Source: Alkalispirochaeta sp.
Lineage (GTDB): Bacteria; Spirochaetota; Spirochaetia; DSM-27196; Alkalispirochaetaceae
Length of the DNA: 64,000 bases
Direction of reading: 5' to 3'
Assembly (NCBI GenBank): GCA_965601925.1
Contig: OZ271854.1
Span: forward strand, 1,472,001 to 1,536,000
Notes under the pieces: generated by a model
What the model saw: the letters and a program-made list of their open reading frames with translations, nothing else
The model's database searches: none
Told to the model about the DNA's origin: nothing
Part shown: positions 47,746 through 57,492 of the stretch, one piece after another
Numbering within the stretch: position 1 is the stretch's first letter
Layout of the letters: each line of letters starts with the position of its first letter
Translations under genes and position numbers: made by a program

Positions 47746-49119
47746 TCAGTCGAGTTCGGCTTCACTCGCGGTAAGCACGCCGGTGGCCACATCGAAGGAA
47801 CCTTCGACGTAAACCGTCGCTCCGGAAAACAACGCGTCGACAAAGGCGTCGCGTGACAGGATTCGGTCATCGTCGTCCTCGAACCTCACATCGCCGGAGA
47901 TATCGATCGTCACACCCGCTACGGTCAGCGACTGACCGGAGAAGCCGGCGCCCACGGGACCCTGAATAGAGACGGTACCGGATTCTTCCGGAGATATCGC
48001 GACCGCCTCGATGGACCCGTCGCCGTTTAGGAATCCATATATCAAGATCGATTGCCCAGCGGTGATTTGGTCCTCACTTCCGAGTGTGCCTTCCTCCCAC
48101 CAGTCCGTCAATGCCGAGACGTTCACCGTAAAACCGAGCACGTCTGCGCGACCGTTCGTATCGGCGGGTGCTACGATTTCAATGTTGTCCTCGAAGTGGA
48201 GGTCGTCCACCACCAATACGTCGCCGATGTAGCGTCCCTCAACCTCTACCAAGACACCGTTGCCGAGGCTCTCGGCCCTGCCGCCGTAGAAGTCGGTGCT
48301 CCCGTTGGTCTGCACCATAATCTCTCCGACGGAGAAGGTGCCGGGATGGGCGGTAAACCCGTCGACGTAGCCCTCGATCTCGATATCATCGTCAATGCGA
48401 AACGCCGCGTCCTCGACGCTCTCCAACTCGATGCGGGTCGCCCGAAAGGCGGTTCCGGCGTTTTCAAGCTCCGCCTCGATCAGGGTGCCTACGTCAAAGG
48501 AGATTCCATGGGGAAACTCCGTTTGGTCGTCGTAGTTGATCGGGTCCGATCCACCAATTCGAACGGTGCCCGAGGTAGTACCGCTCTTCTCGGTGACCAC
48601 GCCGCGAATCTCGAGATACGTGTCCGAGGGGGCGTATTCCTCTACGCGAGTGGCGCGGATCGTACCGGCGCCGTTGTAGAACCCGTGGACCTCTACGGTG
48701 TCGTTATTCTCTAAGGTACCGATGAAATCGCGGACGGTACTGTACGTCATCACCACCGTCACGCCGAAGACGGTGAAGGTACTCGCGTTGACGTCCAAGT
48801 CCGCCAACGGACCGTGCAGAGCGTTTTCTACCTCGACGCTCGTGGCGTCGCCGCTGGTACCGTTGCCCTCGACGTTCCCCAAGAGCTTAATCATCATCCC
48901 GTCTTGCAGGTAGTTGTAGCTTGTCTCCACCTCGTCGGACGTGACGGTGACGCCCGCTTCGTCAAAACGGATGTCTCCTACCACGATACTTCCCCGGCGC
49001 ATCGCACCGGAGACCGACACCGGCGACGAGCCGTCGGATCCGTTGACGTTACAACCGGCGAGGATCGTCAATACTACAAGCCCGCCTATTCCCAGAAGCA
49101 TGCGTGTCGCTTTTTTCAT
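47746..49119 (-). CDS. DUF5666 repeat lipoprotein
   Basis: GGAGG RBS, LAGC lipobox, repeated OB-like modules (VEVHG..IRATRVE, VEVEG, VYVEG..LTASEAE). Confidence 0.8.
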   Translation of the reverse strand: MKKATRMLLGIGGLVVLTILAGCNVNGSDGSSPVSVSGAMRRGSIVVGDIRFDEAGVTVTSDEVETSYNYLQDGMMIKLLGNVEGNGTSGDATSVEVENALHGPLADLDVNASTFTVFGVTVVMTYSTVRDFIGTLENNDTVEVHGFYNGAGTIRATRVEEYAPSDTYLEIRGVVTEKSGTTSGTVRIGGSDPINYDDQTEFPHGISFDVGTLIEAELENAGTAFRATRIELESVEDAAFRIDDDIEIEGYVDGFTAHPGTFSVGEIMVQTNGSTDFYGGRAESLGNGVLVEVEGRYIGDVLVVDDLHFEDNIEIVAPADTNGRADVLGFTVNVSALTDWWEEGTLGSEDQITAGQSILIYGFLNGDGSIEAVAISPEESGTVSIQGPVGAGFSGQSLTVAGVTIDISGDVRFEDDDDRILSRDAFVDALFSGATVYVEGSFDVATGVLTASEAELD

Positions 49120-49204
49120 ATCATTCCTCCTGTGGAAGCGTATGACGCCTCCAAAGTATGTAACGGAGACGTTATCGCCCGCTTTGGCGGCCAACAGGGC
49201 TGGA

Positions 49205-49224
49205 ATGTGAAGATTATGTGAAGA
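49205..49224. promoter_or_regulatory. Direct repeat ATGTGAAGA x2 at 11-bp spacing (candidate OmpR-family box)
   Basis: ATGTGAAGA-TT-ATGTGAAGA about 85 bp upstream of the DUF5666 start. Confidence 0.55.
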
Positions 49225-49421
49225 AAAGGACCGCACTCGGTACCCGGAGCGCCGTGTCGAACCCTTAAATAGGTGGATTTTTTCATATCTAACTTCCAAT
49301 AATTACATAAATGCTGAAAGGATAACCGGCGGGATTACGCGGGAACCGGGGGAGCGTTTTCTTACGCAGTCGGTGTGTAGGATTGTTGCGCGGCGGCGAT
49401 GCGCCGCCCGCAGTATGTGCG

Positions 49422-49997
49422 TTATTGGAAACGCAGCCCCAGATTGAGGCCCAGGCGCGGAGCGGCTATCGCATCCACGGTGAGACGTGACTCCAGCGTC
49501 ACTCGATTACCGAACGGCCACGATCCGGTGACATAGACTCCGGCTGTGGGATACGGCTCGACGCTCTCGTCGATCGAGGTGCCGCCGCCCGGTTCACGCA
49601 CTTCGGTGCGGTCGACTTCGACGTAGACGCCGCCGCGAGCGCCGGCTCGTACCTCCACACGCTCCGGAAGCTCCAAGAAGCGGCGGACCGACCAATCGAG
49701 TCCCACCTGCCCGGCAAAGGCAAGGTTCGCCTCGTCGAGGGGATCGCCGGAAAGCTCGTATAGCGCTTCGGCGTCGACCCCCCACGCGCCGTCGGCGGTC
49801 CCGAAAGGAAGCCGAAAGCTCGCGTACGGACCGGTCGCTACGTCACCGTCCACAAAGGCAAAAATTCCGCCGACGCTGACGCCGCCATACTCCCGAGGCG
49901 CCTCATCCGCCTCTTGACCGAAGAGCGCCGCCGGAGCTACCAGCAGCACCAAGACCGCAGTGATCCGCGCCACCATTTGTCGCATGTTCGTTACCAT
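49422..49997 (-). CDS. Small exported protein, probable beta-barrel
   Basis: Signal peptide (ALFG-QE), alternating hydrophobic strands, C-terminal LGLNLGLRFQ. Confidence 0.7.
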   Translation of the reverse strand: MVTNMRQMVARITAVLVLLVAPAALFGQEADEAPREYGGVSVGGIFAFVDGDVATGPYASFRLPFGTADGAWGVDAEALYELSGDPLDEANLAFAGQVGLDWSVRRFLELPERVEVRAGARGGVYVEVDRTEVREPGGGTSIDESVEPYPTAGVYVTGSWPFGNRVTLESRLTVDAIAAPRLGLNLGLRFQ

Positions 49998-50383
49998 TGG
50001 TTGTTACTCCTTCCTGCTAACTCGATGATGGTGCCGTCGTCGCGAACGATCTGCGTCGCGTAAATCTCACGTCGAATGTCGATGATATCGTCGTCGACCC
50101 ATCCGGTTATCGTCACCGTTTCGCCTACTTCTACCGGCGGGGAAAAAACGCCACTACCCAAAAAAACCTCGATGCGTCCGCTCGCGTCACGGACGAGTAT
50201 CTCGTCGTGGTCGCGATAGCGAACTACTTCCGCCTGTATGGTGGCAAAGCTGCCGCGACGGAGGCTTTGGATCGATTGAACGGCCGGTGCGTCGTCGCCA
50301 CTTTGCGCACCCTCGGCACTTTGCGCACTCACCGCGCCGGCGACAACGGCGAATGCGATCGCCGTCATAGATATGAACTTCAT
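49991..50383 (-). CDS. Periplasmic OB-fold protein (YgiW/YdeI-like)
   Basis: AAGGAG RBS, signal peptide, VRDASGRIEV, GETVTITGWVD. Confidence 0.75.
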   Translation of the reverse strand: MKFISMTAIAFAVVAGAVSAQSAEGAQSGDDAPAVQSIQSLRRGSFATIQAEVVRYRDHDEILVRDASGRIEVFLGSGVFSPPVEVGETVTITGWVDDDIIDIRREIYATQIVRDDGTIIELAGRSNNQW

Positions 50384-50583
50384 GCTATTCTCCTTGAGCA
50401 TTTTGAGTGTCGGGATCGATCACGCCGATCCCGCGCACCGGAGAAAACCGATCCATCTCCGCGTGCGTTGCTCGGGAAAGTACTACGTGGAGCCGCCGCC
50501 ACGGATACGTTTGTGTGAAGATTGATAAAACAAAACTTCACAGAGCCGCCGAAGTGTCTTCATATCTCACAATGGAATGAGCG

Positions 50584-51227
50584 TGTCGCACGGCGCGGCC
50601 GCCTGAGCCCGGCGGCCTCTTCAACCCCGATGCGTACCGCAGGCAGAGCCGAGGAACGCATCGTTCCTCACTCCCGTCGTTACCGCATCCCTCGAAAACC
50701 CAGCCCGGCGGCCTCTTCTACCCCGATGCGTACCGCAGGAACGAGGAACGCATCGTTCCCCATTCCCGTCGCTACCGCATCCCTCGAAAACCCAGCCCGG
50801 TGGCTTCCTCAACCCCGATGCGTACCGCAGGTACGAGGAACGCATCGCCCCCCAACACGCTTCGTTGTCGCACGGCGTGGCCGCCTGAGCCCGGCGGCTT
50901 CCTCAACCCCGATGCGTACCGCAGGTACGAGGAACGCATCGTTCCCCACCTTACGTCGTTGTCGCTTAGTGTCATCGACCTTAGCTCGGCCGCTTACTTC
51001 AACCCCGATGCGTACCGCAGGTACGAGGAACGCATCGTTCCCCACTCCCGTCGTTACCGCATCCCTCGGAAACTCAGCCCGGCGGTCTCTTCAACCCCGA
51101 TGCGTACCGCAGGCAGAGCCGAGGAACGCATCGTTCCCCAACACGTTTCGTTGTCGCACGGCGTGGCCGCCTGAGCCCGGCCGCTTCCTCAACCCCGATG
51201 CGTACCGCAGGAACGAGAAACGCATCG
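50584..51227. repeat. Tandem array of 7 modular hairpin repeats (92-98 bp period)
   Basis: Core GATGCGTACCGCAGG(CAGAGC/TA/AA)CGAGGAACGCATCG at 50629, 50725, 50817, 50911, 51007, 51099 and 51197. Confidence 0.95.
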
Positions 51228-51265
51228 GTCCACCGCGCGAGGTGTGTCCGCGGTCCTTCCTCGTG

Positions 51266-52486
51266 TTACGCCGGACTCAGGGTTTTCACGTCGAGATCGG
51301 AGAGCGGGAAGGTCACGCACGGATGGACGAAGCCGCTCATCCGGTCGGTCCGGCGGCGCCCGTCGCTTTTCGGCGACACCCATACATCCCCGGAGGTAAT
51401 GCGAATCCGGCACATCTGGCATTCTCCCGATCGACACACGGCGGGGGGCGCCACCTTCGCCCTCTCCAGCGCGGTGAGGATCGATTCCTCCCCCGTCGCC
51501 GGTACCGAGATGGCGCCGTTCTCCCGCTGCACGGTGATCGTATAACGGCGTCCAAACGCCTCACTCGGATAGTCTTCAAAACGTCGCGGATCGCGGATCT
51601 CACCGTACGCCTCCATTCGAATCCGCTTTCGCGGAATCGATAACGACTCCAGCTGCAGTCCAATGTAGTCGTACATCGCAGGGGGGCCGCAGACGAAGTA
51701 GCTATCGGCAGAAGGTGCACTATGTGCCGCGATCACCGCTTCGGTGATGAATCCCGACTCGAACGTTCCGGGTGTGCCCTCAGACACGGCTCCATCGGCG
51801 ATCACATACACGACATTAAAGCGGTCGCCGAGGGTGCGCGACAAATCGTCGAACTCCGCCTTGAACGCGATCTCGTCGTCGGTGTTACAGCCGTACAGCA
51901 GCGTGAGACGGATGTCGAGCGCACCGGCGGCGATTTCCCTCGCGATCGAACGGAAGGGGGTAACCCCGGAACCACCGGCGATTCCGACTACCGTAGAGGA
52001 GTCGCGGATCGGCTCGTGATACATGAATCCGAACGGTCCGGTCGTGGTCACCGGCGTTCCGACCTCCCACTCGTTCCACATGTGCGTGGTGAGAAATCCG
52101 CCCTCGGACCGTTTTACGGTAATGTCGTAGAAGCCGTTGCGCGCATCGGTGGGCGAGGAGGCTATCGAATAGGCGCGAGCGATTGGGTACCCGTCGACGA
52201 TCTCCTTGATCGCCACGTACTGTCCGGCCCGAAAGGACGCCGGTTCTGAGCTTCCTTCCGCGGAATCGGGAACGAGTCGGTAGGTCTTCATCTCCGCCGT
52301 CTCATCGACGATATTGTCGATCACGAAGTGTTGCTCCCGTGGATGGAGCTTATCGCTCAGCACGTTAATGTACGGAGTCTCGAGATCTCGCACCGGCGTC
52401 CGTCGAAGCACCCGCCGGCGTCGCGGCACGAGACGCAGAAACGCGATCAAGTCAACGATGGTTCCCTTCACGTGAAACGATTTCAT
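51266..52486 (-). CDS. FNR-type flavin reductase with C-terminal 2Fe-2S ferredoxin domain
   Basis: FRAGQY, RAYSIASSP, IAGGSGVTPF, FVCGPPAM, CRSGECQMC...C. Confidence 0.88.
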   Translation of the reverse strand: MKSFHVKGTIVDLIAFLRLVPRRRRVLRRTPVRDLETPYINVLSDKLHPREQHFVIDNIVDETAEMKTYRLVPDSAEGSSEPASFRAGQYVAIKEIVDGYPIARAYSIASSPTDARNGFYDITVKRSEGGFLTTHMWNEWEVGTPVTTTGPFGFMYHEPIRDSSTVVGIAGGSGVTPFRSIAREIAAGALDIRLTLLYGCNTDDEIAFKAEFDDLSRTLGDRFNVVYVIADGAVSEGTPGTFESGFITEAVIAAHSAPSADSYFVCGPPAMYDYIGLQLESLSIPRKRIRMEAYGEIRDPRRFEDYPSEAFGRRYTITVQRENGAISVPATGEESILTALERAKVAPPAVCRSGECQMCRIRITSGDVWVSPKSDGRRRTDRMSGFVHPCVTFPLSDLDVKTLSPA

Positions 52487-54054
52487 TGAGCCGTCACCTC
52501 CGCCCGACTTCCCAGTTCTTCCAGTGCGTAGAGCGCCATGGTCCTACCGTTCAACATCGCGCTGCTGTAACCGAGTGAACGGGAGCCGTACGCACTCGCG
52601 ATACGCAATCCTCTGATCAGCTGCTCCTCGTCCATCATCATCACTCGCGGCACGACGCCGTCCCAGCCGTAGTTCTCGAAGCCGTAGATCAGACCCTGGT
52701 ACGCGTTTGCGTAGTGTGCGTAGGTGATCGGCGTCGCGATCTCAATCTCCTCAATGTGCGGGAGCAACGAAACGCCGGTCGCGCGCTCGAACGTTTCGAT
52801 GACGTTGCGCGCCATATCGCTCTTTCTGGTGAAGTAATTCTCCACCGTGGCGTCTTTCCAGGCATCCGGTTTCGGCGTCACCGTGAACGACATCATCGAG
52901 GTCCCCGGGGGAGAACAATCGGGCAACGCCGTATTGAGACACAGCGTCGCCTGCATCGTCGGCCGGCCCGGTTTGCTCAAGTCCCCGTACAAGACGTCGG
53001 TGTCGAGCGTGTCGTACACAAAGTAGGAGTAATCGGTGAGACCGAGATCCTCGGCGCTGCGGTTGAGCCCGATGAACACAACAAAACCGGTATTGCTCGG
53101 CCGGCGAGCCGAAAGCTCCTGCAACGCGCGCTTGGGTACCTCAGACTTCGGCTCGACCATCTCGTTGAACAGGTGGAAGGGCGAGGCGTTGCAGATTACC
53201 TGGTTGGTCGAGATCGCCTCACCGTGGTTGGTGGTGACGCCGACGACGCGACCACCTTCCACCAGCACCCGTTCCGCGCGAGTCCGATAGCGAATCACTC
53301 CGCCGCACTCGAGAATGCGATCTTCGAAGGCGTTCACGAACTCCGTCGACCGACGGCGCGGAATAAAGGCGCCGCGCCGAATGTACTCGTAGATCACATA
53401 GCCGTAGAAGGAGAAATCCATCTTGCTGAGGGAGGCACCGAGGTAGCACCAGTAGGCGCTGAGAATGTCGCGGGCGCGTTGCGGCATGTCGAGAGCATCG
53501 AAGACGTCGGTGACCGAGTAGGCGCCCGCCTTGAGGAAGTTCGGATAACGCCCGAGCATATAGAGCTTGCTCAACGATTTGATCCGCGTCTGAAGATCCT
53601 GCACGTAGACCATCGCCTCGTTTGCCTCGCGCGCCAAATCGAAGAAGGCGCGGACCGCTGTGCGGGAGCCGGGAACGTAGCGCTCAACCGCGTCGATGTA
53701 AGCGTCGACCCCAAAGGGAAGGACCGCATCGATTCGGTCCTCCCCCTCGCCCGGGACGATCACCCGGTACGCCTCGGGGACGCGAATCCAGTCGATGTGG
53801 ATGCCCAAATCATCGAACATCCGGCGCAGAATCCCCGGATCCGACGCCGTACCGAGCTCGCACAACTCGTGAAGAGACGCCTCAAACTCGAACCGCCCGC
53901 GCACGAAGCTCGTCGAGAACCCGCCGAGGATGTTGTTTTGCTCCAATAGCAGCACGGAGTGTCCCGCTACCGCGATCTGACACGCCGCCGCCAACCCGCC
54001 GTTCCCACCGCCAATCACCACCGCGTCGAAGTGCCGTTCGGATGGTTTGCCCAT
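52483..54054 (-). CDS. FAD-dependent oxidoreductase, phytoene desaturase/retinol saturase-like
   Basis: VVIGGGNGGL, EQNNILGG, RGRFEFEASLH, ATPITYAHY, GLIYG; AAGGAG RBS. Confidence 0.85.
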   Translation of the reverse strand: MGKPSERHFDAVVIGGGNGGLAAACQIAVAGHSVLLLEQNNILGGFSTSFVRGRFEFEASLHELCELGTASDPGILRRMFDDLGIHIDWIRVPEAYRVIVPGEGEDRIDAVLPFGVDAYIDAVERYVPGSRTAVRAFFDLAREANEAMVYVQDLQTRIKSLSKLYMLGRYPNFLKAGAYSVTDVFDALDMPQRARDILSAYWCYLGASLSKMDFSFYGYVIYEYIRRGAFIPRRRSTEFVNAFEDRILECGGVIRYRTRAERVLVEGGRVVGVTTNHGEAISTNQVICNASPFHLFNEMVEPKSEVPKRALQELSARRPSNTGFVVFIGLNRSAEDLGLTDYSYFVYDTLDTDVLYGDLSKPGRPTMQATLCLNTALPDCSPPGTSMMSFTVTPKPDAWKDATVENYFTRKSDMARNVIETFERATGVSLLPHIEEIEIATPITYAHYANAYQGLIYGFENYGWDGVVPRVMMMDEEQLIRGLRIASAYGSRSLGYSSAMLNGRTMALYALEELGSRAEVTAQ

Positions 54055-54143
54055 CGTCTGACTCCTTTTATTGAGAACTCCCGTTGCGGAGCCCCGAAAT
54101 GCTATGCCATGGGACTACGATCAAACACGTTGTATTTCACGAT

Positions 54144-54158
54144 GTATGCACTGTAAAC
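54144..54158. promoter_or_regulatory. Candidate TetR operator in the divergent intergenic region
   Basis: Imperfect palindrome GTATGCACTGTAAAC between the oxidoreductase and tetR. Confidence 0.45.
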
Positions 54159-54250
54159 TTTGTACTATAAGAGTACCGCATCGAAGGTTGGAATGCAACC
54201 TTCCCACGGACTTTTGGCGGGGGGCTGAGCATGAAAAAGGGGTATTACGA

Positions 54251-54856
54251 GTGAAATCGCGCACGACGTACCATCACGGCGACCTTAAACAGGCGCTGGT
54301 CGACGAGGGCCGGCGGCTCATAGACGAGGAGGGGTACGAGAGGTTCTCCCTGCGAAAACTCGCAACGCGGATCGGCGTATCGCCCATGGCGCCGTATCGA
54401 CACTTCGAATCGAAGGAGGATCTGCTCGGAGCGATCGTCGACAACGCGTTCGAGCAATTTGCAAATGCGTTGGAGGAATCCGTTCCTCCGGAGGCGCCGT
54501 TACAAGAGCAAATGACGAGGATGTGCATCGGATATGTGCGCTTCTTCGTGGCACACCCGGACATCCTCAAGATCCTGTTCATGGAGGTCGGGACGCGTAA
54601 CAGGGCGCTGGAGTCTCAACACAACGGCGAGAACCTCACCGAGTTAATGCGAACTCAACGCTCTTTCGACATGTATCACGCCTTGGCGGAGAGGATGGCG
54701 CACCTCTATCCGGATCTCGCGGAGGGAGAGCTCATCCTTATGATCTGGGCCAGAGCGCACGGTATAGCCATCCTCCTCGCACAAGAAACGTGGTATTTCG
54801 ATCCCCGAACCTTCTCAGACGAAGCGATCGGCCGCATCATCCGTATGAAGCTCTGA
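54251..54856 (+). CDS. TetR/AcrR family regulator
   Basis: YHHGDLKQAL, SLRKLATRIGVSPMAPYRHFESKEDL, WARAHG; GTG start. Confidence 0.92.
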   Translation: MKSRTTYHHGDLKQALVDEGRRLIDEEGYERFSLRKLATRIGVSPMAPYRHFESKEDLLGAIVDNAFEQFANALEESVPPEAPLQEQMTRMCIGYVRFFVAHPDILKILFMEVGTRNRALESQHNGENLTELMRTQRSFDMYHALAERMAHLYPDLAEGELILMIWARAHGIAILLAQETWYFDPRTFSDEAIGRIIRMKL

Positions 54857-54875
54857 TACGGCGTGACGGGACGCA

Positions 54876-56786
54876 TCACGCCGAGGGGAGCATCGCCGTC
54901 GTCTTAACCTTGCCTACCAAATCGGCGAGGGCGGTGACGTTGCGGCCGTTGTTCTCGGCGACCTCAGCGACCTGCCTGACGCGAGCGACCGCTTCTTCCG
55001 ATTCCGATTTCATCGAAGCCATGTTCTCTTGCGTCTTCGTCGACAGTATTCCGAGCTCCGAGAGTGTCTGGGTAATGACCGATATGCCGGAGTCGACGTC
55101 CGACGAAGATTGTCGTACGCGTTCGGTGGTGTCGACGAGCAGTGAGATCGATGAGTTTATCTCGTCGCTCGCCCGCGCAAGCTCCCCGGTACCGCCCTGA
55201 ATCTCGACCATGCTGCCGGTAACCGTCTCGATCAGAGAGACGATTGTCGAGAACGCCTCGTCCATTCTCGCGGTAGTATCTCGGGAAACCGCCATGAAAT
55301 CGGTCAACTCTTTGAGCGTTCCCCCGATCTGCTGAGCGTTCATGCTCGCGTCCTCAGCCAGTTTTCTGATTTCGGCGGCAACCACGGCGAACCCGCGTCC
55401 CTTGTCCCCCGCATGTGCGGCCTCGATCGCCGCGTTCATCGCCAGGAGATTGGTCTGTGCGGCGATCGAGTTGATGACGGCGATCGCCTGCAACATGACG
55501 TCGGTGGACTCCGAAATTCTCGTTGCGTTTACGAACGCCTCTTTCATCGCCTCCGAACCGCTGTCGGCGATCCGCCGTAGCTCTTCGGAGACCTCGAGCC
55601 GACTCGTGACGGTCTCAGAAATACTCCGGATCGACGACGATATTTCCGTGATCGACGCCGACGATTGCTCTATCGACGCGGCGAGCGCCGCTACGCTCTC
55701 GTCGAGTGTCCCTGCAAATCTTCGTAAACCTTCGGCCGATCTGTTAGCCGTCGAAAGATCGACGTCGAGCCGGGAAGAGCTTTCCGATACGTCGTCCATT
55801 TGCGATATGAGGCGGCCGAACGATGCCGTTACGTGGCCCGCGAGCTCATCAAGTGTCCGGCCCAACGCCGCCGATCCGTCCGATACCGAACGTATTCGGT
55901 CGATAGTATCCGATACGTAGCGGACGAACTGCTGGATCCTGCGGCTCACAACACCGAGCTCGTCCTTGTTAGGAAGCTCGACGTCCGATGTCAGGTCCGC
56001 TTCGCCCCGATCTATGTTTCGGAACATATCCTCGAAGACGGTAATCATCGCTTTGATCGGAGCACCGATCTGGCGGATGATCGTCACGAGGTTGAATCCC
56101 GAGAAGAGGACGGCAAAGGCTCCCAGAGGGACGAGCTTGCGCAAAAGTGCCGACGCCAACTCCGCCTCGCTTTCGGTGGTAGCGATCATTCCGGCGACTG
56201 CGGCGATCAGTATCAGAACCGTCCCTAATGTATTGAGCATGAACGCAACGGTGAGCTTCTCGGAAAAATGAAGATGGAAGCGGTCGTTCACGGGGATATC
56301 CTTCGCCTCCGCCTCTACGATACCGATGACGAGCATCACGAACGGGACGAAGGTGACCAACCCGTATCCCTGGCCGAAGAGAATGATTGTCGGCACATCG
56401 GCCCACGTGATCATCGGCTCGCTTGCCGCCAACCCCACACCGGGGAAGATCAGGCTTATCGAGCCGGCCAGGGGACCGAAAAAGCCCCATAACGGCACCA
56501 ACACGACGGAAAGAAAGGGGATGATCCGTATCGCGCGGCTGGCCGATTCCAGATCGCGTTCGCTTCGCGAGACTTTGTACCGTTGTATAGCGCGGATCTG
56601 TTTACGAACCAAAAAATAATGGGCGACGAAAAACACCGGAATGATGGCGACCGCCACGGACGAGAACACTTGATAGAAACCGATCATATCGATGTAACCG
56701 ATGTATACAATCGAAAACGCCCATAGAACCGCGCCGACTACGTACACACCGGTCTCGGTGAGCAACAGTTTCCTGGTGATACTCAT
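54876..56786 (-). CDS. Methyl-accepting chemotaxis protein with multi-TM N-terminus
   Basis: GGAGG RBS, about 6 TM helices, HAMP (KDELG), [38 protein letters not shown]. Confidence 0.93.
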   Translation of the reverse strand: MSITRKLLLTETGVYVVGAVLWAFSIVYIGYIDMIGFYQVFSSVAVAIIPVFFVAHYFLVRKQIRAIQRYKVSRSERDLESASRAIRIIPFLSVVLVPLWGFFGPLAGSISLIFPGVGLAASEPMITWADVPTIILFGQGYGLVTFVPFVMLVIGIVEAEAKDIPVNDRFHLHFSEKLTVAFMLNTLGTVLILIAAVAGMIATTESEAELASALLRKLVPLGAFAVLFSGFNLVTIIRQIGAPIKAMITVFEDMFRNIDRGEADLTSDVELPNKDELGVVSRRIQQFVRYVSDTIDRIRSVSDGSAALGRTLDELAGHVTASFGRLISQMDDVSESSSRLDVDLSTANRSAEGLRRFAGTLDESVAALAASIEQSSASITEISSSIRSISETVTSRLEVSEELRRIADSGSEAMKEAFVNATRISESTDVMLQAIAVINSIAAQTNLLAMNAAIEAAHAGDKGRGFAVVAAEIRKLAEDASMNAQQIGGTLKELTDFMAVSRDTTARMDEAFSTIVSLIETVTGSMVEIQGGTGELARASDEINSSISLLVDTTERVRQSSSDVDSGISVITQTLSELGILSTKTQENMASMKSESEEAVARVRQVAEVAENNGRNVTALADLVGKVKTTAMLPSA

Positions 56787-57014
56787 TTGCAGCCTCCATA
56801 GCCGTGTCGATAAGAAAGAACGGATGGCCACTACGCGCACTACTGAAACAGTGAGCATAATGCCGCAACTGCAATGATAGATTGCTACGTTTTCATGTCA
56901 AGCGTCGGTAGGCCGCCCGGCACGGTCAGTGTCGCGGCACCGTCACTGCGATGAATCGACGTTCAGTCGGTGTGTCGAACGAGATACCATGGAGTACGAG
57001 ACCGAACCTCGACT

Positions 57015-57492
57015 TCAGCCCGGCCGCGGCGTCGCCCCAACGTGACCCGTTGTCGCATCACGCCACCGACATCAGCCCGGCCGCTTCTTGTACACCCGAC
57101 GCGTACCGGAGGCGAAGCCGAGGAACGCATCGCTCACCACCTTATCCCGTTGTCGCATCCTGTCACCGACATCAGCCCGGCCGCTTCTTGTACACCCGAC
57201 GCGTACCGGAGGCGAAGCCGAGGAACGCATCGTCACCGACTCACATCGTTATTGCATCCCTGAGACGCCTCAGCTCGGCCGCTTTTTTCGGACCCGACGC
57301 GTACCGGAGGCAAAGCCGAGGAACGCGCCGCTCCCCCCACTTACACCGTTATCGCATCACGCCACCGACATCAGCCCGGCCGCCTTTTTCGGACCCGACG
57401 CGTACCGGAGGCGAAGCCGAGGAACGCATCGTCACCGACTCACATCGTTATTGCATCCCTAAGACGCCTCAGCTCGGCCGCTTCTTTCGAAC
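57015..57492. repeat. Tandem array of 4 modular hairpin repeats plus partial units (98-101 bp period), same family as the 50.6 kb array
   Basis: Core GACGCGTACCGGAGGCRAAGCCGAGGAACGC at 57098, 57198, 57296 and 57397, each preceded by TCAGCYCGGCCGC. Confidence 0.95.

Noticed and set aside
50620..50690. Integron attC sites (AAC...GTT around a hairpin)
   Set aside because: The geometry is too short or asymmetric, there is no GTTRRRY core, no cassette ORFs lie between units, and there is no integrase.
50817..50850. c-di-AMP riboswitch or HDV-like ribozyme resemblance (AGGTACGAGGAAC; TTCCTCG on minus)
   Set aside because: Only a short motif matches; I could not find the remaining conserved elements or pseudoknot pairings.
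50584..51227. CRISPR array (also considered for 57015-57492)
   Set aside because: The linkers are homologous to each other, recur and contain a conserved internal block. The repeats are long and polymorphic, and no cas gene is in the window.
50584..51227. TIGR-type dual-spacer guide array
   Set aside because: The two-variable-segment layout is superficially similar, but the units are about 95 bp, I see no clear box C/D motifs, and no Nop-domain gene is adjacent.
50522..51643. 373-aa ORF and other ORFs across the repeat arrays (also 56951-57646 and 3041-3436)
   Set aside because: They are translations of non-coding repeats whose period is mostly not a multiple of 3. Frames switch between units and several overlap real genes antisense.
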